In this document: positions 52,714 through 56,061 of the stretch, one piece after another
Numbering within the stretch: the first letter of the stretch is position 1
Layout of the letters: each line of letters starts with the position of its first letter
Source of the DNA: a virus
Lineage: Duplodnaviria; Caudoviricetes
IMG/VR virus record: IMGVR_UViG_3300005529_000044
Span: 1-56,061 of that record
Length of the DNA stretch: 56,061 nucleotides
Direction: 5' to 3' (one strand)
Made by a program: the position numbers and the translations under genes
The notes under the pieces: model-generated
Seen by the model: only the letters and a program-made list of their open reading frames with translations
Told to the model about the DNA's origin: nothing
The model's database searches: none

Positions 52714-53084
52714 TTTGGTGCCACCAGGTTCGGCTTTCCGCTCGGGCAATGCATGATTTCGAGCAGCTCCTGGAGCGGCTGGTTTTCGTCCGGAATCCCG
52801 GTCCATTTTTTCACGTTGGCGATGTAGGCCTCGGTCTGGTTTTCCGTCGGCGGTGCCCACTTGCTGATCAGTTGGCGCAAGCTCATGCCGCGCGCAATAT
52901 CGAGCGCCACCTGGTGGTACATGCCGGCGATGCCCTGGGCGCGTGATTCGGGAATCCAGAAGCCGCCCGAAACCGCGGGGGATGCGAGCCAGGGCGCGGT
53001 GCGCAGGTTGCCCGGATTATTGGAGAACGCGCGGCCCTCCTGGGTGGCGATGGCGGAGCAGATGCGGTAGAGCAGGTCTGTCAT
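52710..53084 (-). CDS. Putative endolysin (small lysozyme-like)
   Basis: IA.QEG, NNPGNLR, L.QLISKWAPP.EN.TEAY; directly after the holin. Confidence 0.78.
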   Translation of the reverse strand: MTDLLYRICSAIATQEGRAFSNNPGNLRTAPWLASPAVSGGFWIPESRAQGIAGMYHQVALDIARGMSLRQLISKWAPPTENQTEAYIANVKKWTGIPDENQPLQELLEIMHCPSGKPNLVAPK

Positions 53085-53087
53085 GGA

Positions 53088-53555
53088 TTAGGTGGCGGGC
53101 GGCGGTTCCTTCGCTGTGGCTTCTTTGATCGCCGCGGCAGTTTCGGCGGTTTCCGGTTTGCCGTTGAAGATTGATCCGAGCTTGTCGAGCGCCGCCTTAG
53201 CCACCGCAGGCACTTTTCCGCCGTACTTGGTGTAGTTGTCCGTGATCGAGGTGAACTCGTAGAAGCACAGCATGTAGGCCACCGGCTTGTGTACGTCAAA
53301 GCCGATGTCGGTTGAAAAGTAATGGTCGACGATGCCGGCCCCCGCCAGATAGACCAAGGTCCGGCACTTCAGGCTGATGCGTTTTACCATCGCCTGGCGT
53401 GTGAATTTATCCTGCGAGCGCGATCCTAAAAACTCCATCGCCAAGTCGAGCAGGATCAAAATCAGCAAGGCCTGCTCCGGGTGGGGAACCTTGGCCCACC
53501 AGGCGGCCAGCGTTGCTCCCGTGATGCCGGCCCATTTGAACGTCTCGTCTTTCAT
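53088..53555 (-). CDS. Holin (phage holin 4_1-like)
   Basis: Start re-called at MKDET. TM segments, LLD, K, VD and E..SI.DN....G.KVP motifs. Confidence 0.82.
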   Translation of the reverse strand: MKDETFKWAGITGATLAAWWAKVPHPEQALLILILLDLAMEFLGSRSQDKFTRQAMVKRISLKCRTLVYLAGAGIVDHYFSTDIGFDVHKPVAYMLCFYEFTSITDNYTKYGGKVPAVAKAALDKLGSIFNGKPETAETAAAIKEATAKEPPPAT

Positions 53556-53583
53556 TCGGCTGCTCCCGTTTTGTTCCATCGCT

Positions 53584-55881
53584 CTAATGCACTCGTCCGT
53601 TGTTGATGCGCGCCCCGCCCCCTGTGCGGCTGCCCGTATGGCCGCTGGTTGAAGAATCGACTGTGAGATTGCAATTGAGTGGTCCGTTCGGCGCGCTTCC
53701 GATCGCGTTGGTGGCCTGGAAGGCGAAGGTCGCAAGCCCAGGAACGGTCGGCGTGCCGCTGATATTCCCCGTCGAACTGTTCAAAGTCAGGCCGGTGGGC
53801 AGGGAGCCCGACGTGATCGACCAGGTGATGGGCGTGTCGCCCGATGCCGCCAGCGTGTAAGAATAAGCCGCCGCCTGGGTTCCGTTGGGCAGCGGGCAGC
53901 TTGTCGTGATCGTCGGAACAAATCCCCCTAACCTCCACCCCAGGTAGTTGTCGGCTCCGCCGATTCCGGCCACTTGGCCAACTGTCTTACCCAGGAACGC
54001 GTACACATTCATCGGTCCTGCGTAGTTGGTGAATCGATTGCACGGCGGAGGAACCATTCCGCCGAAACATCCGGGGAGCACGTTACCGTAGTCGGCCTCG
54101 TACCCATCGCAGCCTGGGCCGCTGCACGGCATGGAGCCTCCTGGTCCGTCGGCTGGCCCTCCGTAAGCGGCAGAGAATATCTCGTCACCGCGCGTTTTCC
54201 ACGTTGCGTTGCCAGTGGTCTTGTACAGCCAGCCCATGATCCAGATCGCGTCGAAATTACCGATGCGGTTTGTGTAACCTGATTGCAGTCCCGAACCGAA
54301 CGGGACGCAGAAAGACGCAGAGTTGTGACACGTACTTGAGGCTGGAAGGGAACGAGCTATTTGAGGGCTGTCGAAGTTAATAGACGTGTACGATCCTGCG
54401 GATACGTTGCCCATGTAGTTCTTGGTGGTTTGCTCCGCGCCGCCCCACGCTGACGTGAATGTTCCCTGCGTCTGGCTGGCGCAGGATTGGAGCTTCGCGG
54501 TCCACGTCGAGCCAGAGGAGTTCTCGAAGCCGATGTAGTCTGTGCCGTTACAGTTGAAATCAGTTTGTAGGGTCACTCCACCGGAGCATGTGAACGAGGT
54601 CGAGCCAGAGGTGACCGTGCAGGTGCCTCCGTGATTCACGAGTCCGGTTGCGTTCAATCCATCGTTCGGGTGATCCGCGTCGTAGTAGATCTGCCTTCCC
54701 GTAGGATCGTATCCGGAGCTGTAGACCCAGTTTCCGCTCGCAACGAGGGCCGACAGAACCGAGGCGGCGAGCGTGGTGTTGTTGCATCCTGCCGCAGTCG
54801 TGTCGTTCAGAACGTCATAAGCCCGCGCGAGTCCCTGATTGAGAGCGAAGACTCTCCAGGGAGATTCGCCTGGCATCGCATACGAGAATGGACCGTTCTT
54901 TTCGTTCCACCTGCCACTGGCGTCCTGGACCGAGAGCGCATCGTTGACCAGCGTTGTCACCATCGAGCAGTAGTTGGTGTGGCGCGTCGCGTCGGAGTCC
55001 GCACGCGCTCCCACTGCCGCCCAGATCAGACAGTAGCCAGGTTCACGGTTGTCTTGACCGTCTAGGCGGCAAGGACCTACGTTGGAGAGAAAGTTTAGGG
55101 AGTACACCTCTCCGTACAGAGCGGCAAGACGTGCCGTGCCCTGAGCTCCTCCGAGGTCAAGCGCACGAACGTATTGAGAGACGAGTGAGTACCACCGAGG
55201 TGGGTTCAGACCCTGGGGTGCTCCTGACTGAAGTGCCCATTCCCACCAGGTATCTGTGAAGTTCCGGAACGCAGTGAGATACGCAGGGTCTCCCGTGCGA
55301 AGGTACACGCGGTAGATTGCCAGCGCCGGATCGTAGAAGTTCCAAGAGGCTCCGCCGTTTTGTCCGCAGAGGCCCCAGTGCCCGCAACTGTACACCAGCA
55401 ATCCAGTCCCGTATGTCGGGTCGGTGATATCCACTACGCAGCGGGCGCAAGTATAAACGGTGAGGCCGCTCAGTGGACTGGAGTTCCAGACGGTGTTGCT
55501 CAGGCCGCTGCTGTTCGTGGTCGTGATTACGTTGCCGGAGACGCTCGCGACGCCCATGATAAGCCGCGTGTTTGCTGCCCCGTCCGGACCGTTCCAGGCG
55601 ACCAGGATTGTGTCGCCAGGATTCACCCCTGGGGCCGTTGTCCCAGTGAGCGTGATCGGGATCACGTTGTTGAGGGTATACGTGCCAGGCAGCGCCGAGC
55701 CAGTAAGGGGGACGTAGTTCATTGAGTAGTTGACGATCGCATCGACGTCGCCTTTGACCGCGAGGTCATAAGCAGCCCATGGACCCGAGTTCATCGGTAC
55801 GACCGGGCCGACGATATCGCTAAGTGCGTCAGCGCACGCTCCGCATGGTAGAAGAGCTAGGATCGCGACCAAGCGACGCAT
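53584..55881 (-). CDS. Exported glycan-active-like enzyme/receptor-binding protein with C-terminal He_PIG (Ig-like) domain
   Basis: [17 protein letters not shown]|D; aromatic helical repeats ([20 protein letters not shown]) suggest an alpha/alpha toroid; many Cys; [27 protein letters not shown]. Confidence 0.72.
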   Translation of the reverse strand: MRRLVAILALLPCGACADALSDIVGPVVPMNSGPWAAYDLAVKGDVDAIVNYSMNYVPLTGSALPGTYTLNNVIPITLTGTTAPGVNPGDTILVAWNGPDGAANTRLIMGVASVSGNVITTTNSSGLSNTVWNSSPLSGLTVYTCARCVVDITDPTYGTGLLVYSCGHWGLCGQNGGASWNFYDPALAIYRVYLRTGDPAYLTAFRNFTDTWWEWALQSGAPQGLNPPRWYSLVSQYVRALDLGGAQGTARLAALYGEVYSLNFLSNVGPCRLDGQDNREPGYCLIWAAVGARADSDATRHTNYCSMVTTLVNDALSVQDASGRWNEKNGPFSYAMPGESPWRVFALNQGLARAYDVLNDTTAAGCNNTTLAASVLSALVASGNWVYSSGYDPTGRQIYYDADHPNDGLNATGLVNHGGTCTVTSGSTSFTCSGGVTLQTDFNCNGTDYIGFENSSGSTWTAKLQSCASQTQGTFTSAWGGAEQTTKNYMGNVSAGSYTSINFDSPQIARSLPASSTCHNSASFCVPFGSGLQSGYTNRIGNFDAIWIMGWLYKTTGNATWKTRGDEIFSAAYGGPADGPGGSMPCSGPGCDGYEADYGNVLPGCFGGMVPPPCNRFTNYAGPMNVYAFLGKTVGQVAGIGGADNYLGWRLGGFVPTITTSCPLPNGTQAAAYSYTLAASGDTPITWSITSGSLPTGLTLNSSTGNISGTPTVPGLATFAFQATNAIGSAPNGPLNCNLTVDSSTSGHTGSRTGGGARINNGRVH

Positions 55882-55889
55882 AGTGTGCC

Positions 55890-56061
55890 CTAGTGCCCGC
55901 TGAAGGTGATCTGGAGGCGCATGTTGCTGAGCGTGACAGTCTTTGCCGATGTCGTCTCGGTTACCGCGCGCCCTCCAACGAAGGTAGCGGCCGGAAACGT
56001 TGCGGCCGTGCTAACCGCCGTACCGTTGACAGAGCAGTTGAGTGTGCCGGACGCTGTGGCC
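55890..56061 (-). CDS. 3' end of a gene entering from the right edge, probably the 1..934 gene
   Basis: My translation ...[23 protein letters not shown]...[13 protein letters not shown]. Confidence 0.7.
   Translation of the reverse strand, partial: ATASGTLNCSVNGTAVSTAATFPAATFVGGRAVTETTSAKTVTLSNMRLQITFSGH

Larger units (their letters stand above)
1..56061. mobile_element. Near-complete temperate P22-like podophage genome, circularly permuted, excised (attP) form
   Basis: Complete set of packaging, head, tail, ejection, lysis, integration, replication and regulatory modules. No host genes. One fibre-cluster gene appears split across the two window ends. Confidence 0.93.

Noticed and set aside
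55830-55881. Lipoprotein signal on the 765-aa protein
   Set aside because: LLPC and CGAC do not fit the lipobox well; SPase I cleavage at ACA|D is more plausible but unconfirmed.

Overview
This window is almost certainly a near-complete, circularly permuted ~56-kb temperate phage genome with P22-like (podovirus) morphogenesis. It appears to be in the excised state, because attP is intact with phage genes on both sides. A long minus-strand late region encodes TerS, TerL, portal, scaffold, P22-type coat, two gp4-like adaptor paralogues, a gp10-like hub, a beta-helix tailspike, ejection proteins and a fibre cluster. That cluster wraps across the window ends into a lysis cassette. The early region holds a divergent pair of ribbon-helix-helix regulators with twin promoter/operator sequences, a recombination module, ParB, an Acb2/Tad1-like anti-defence protein, xis/int, an attP carrying the 3' half of tRNA-Thr(CGT), and an HTH replication initiator with internal iterons. 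The host is probably a GC-rich diderm; Acidobacteriota is my inference only. The most striking feature is that about 13 late genes, including the tail fibre with a recognisable virion-attachment domain and both genes directly after the coat gene, carry Sec-type signal peptides (mostly with Gln at +1) and paired cysteines. The core head, tail and ejection proteins have none. This suggests a phage that exports and oxidatively folds its fibres and decoration proteins in the periplasm and finishes virion assembly at or after lysis. Also notable is a 159-bp structured, inverted-repeat-bounded in-frame insertion in the integrase. All family assignments are by-eye motif recognition; no searches were run.
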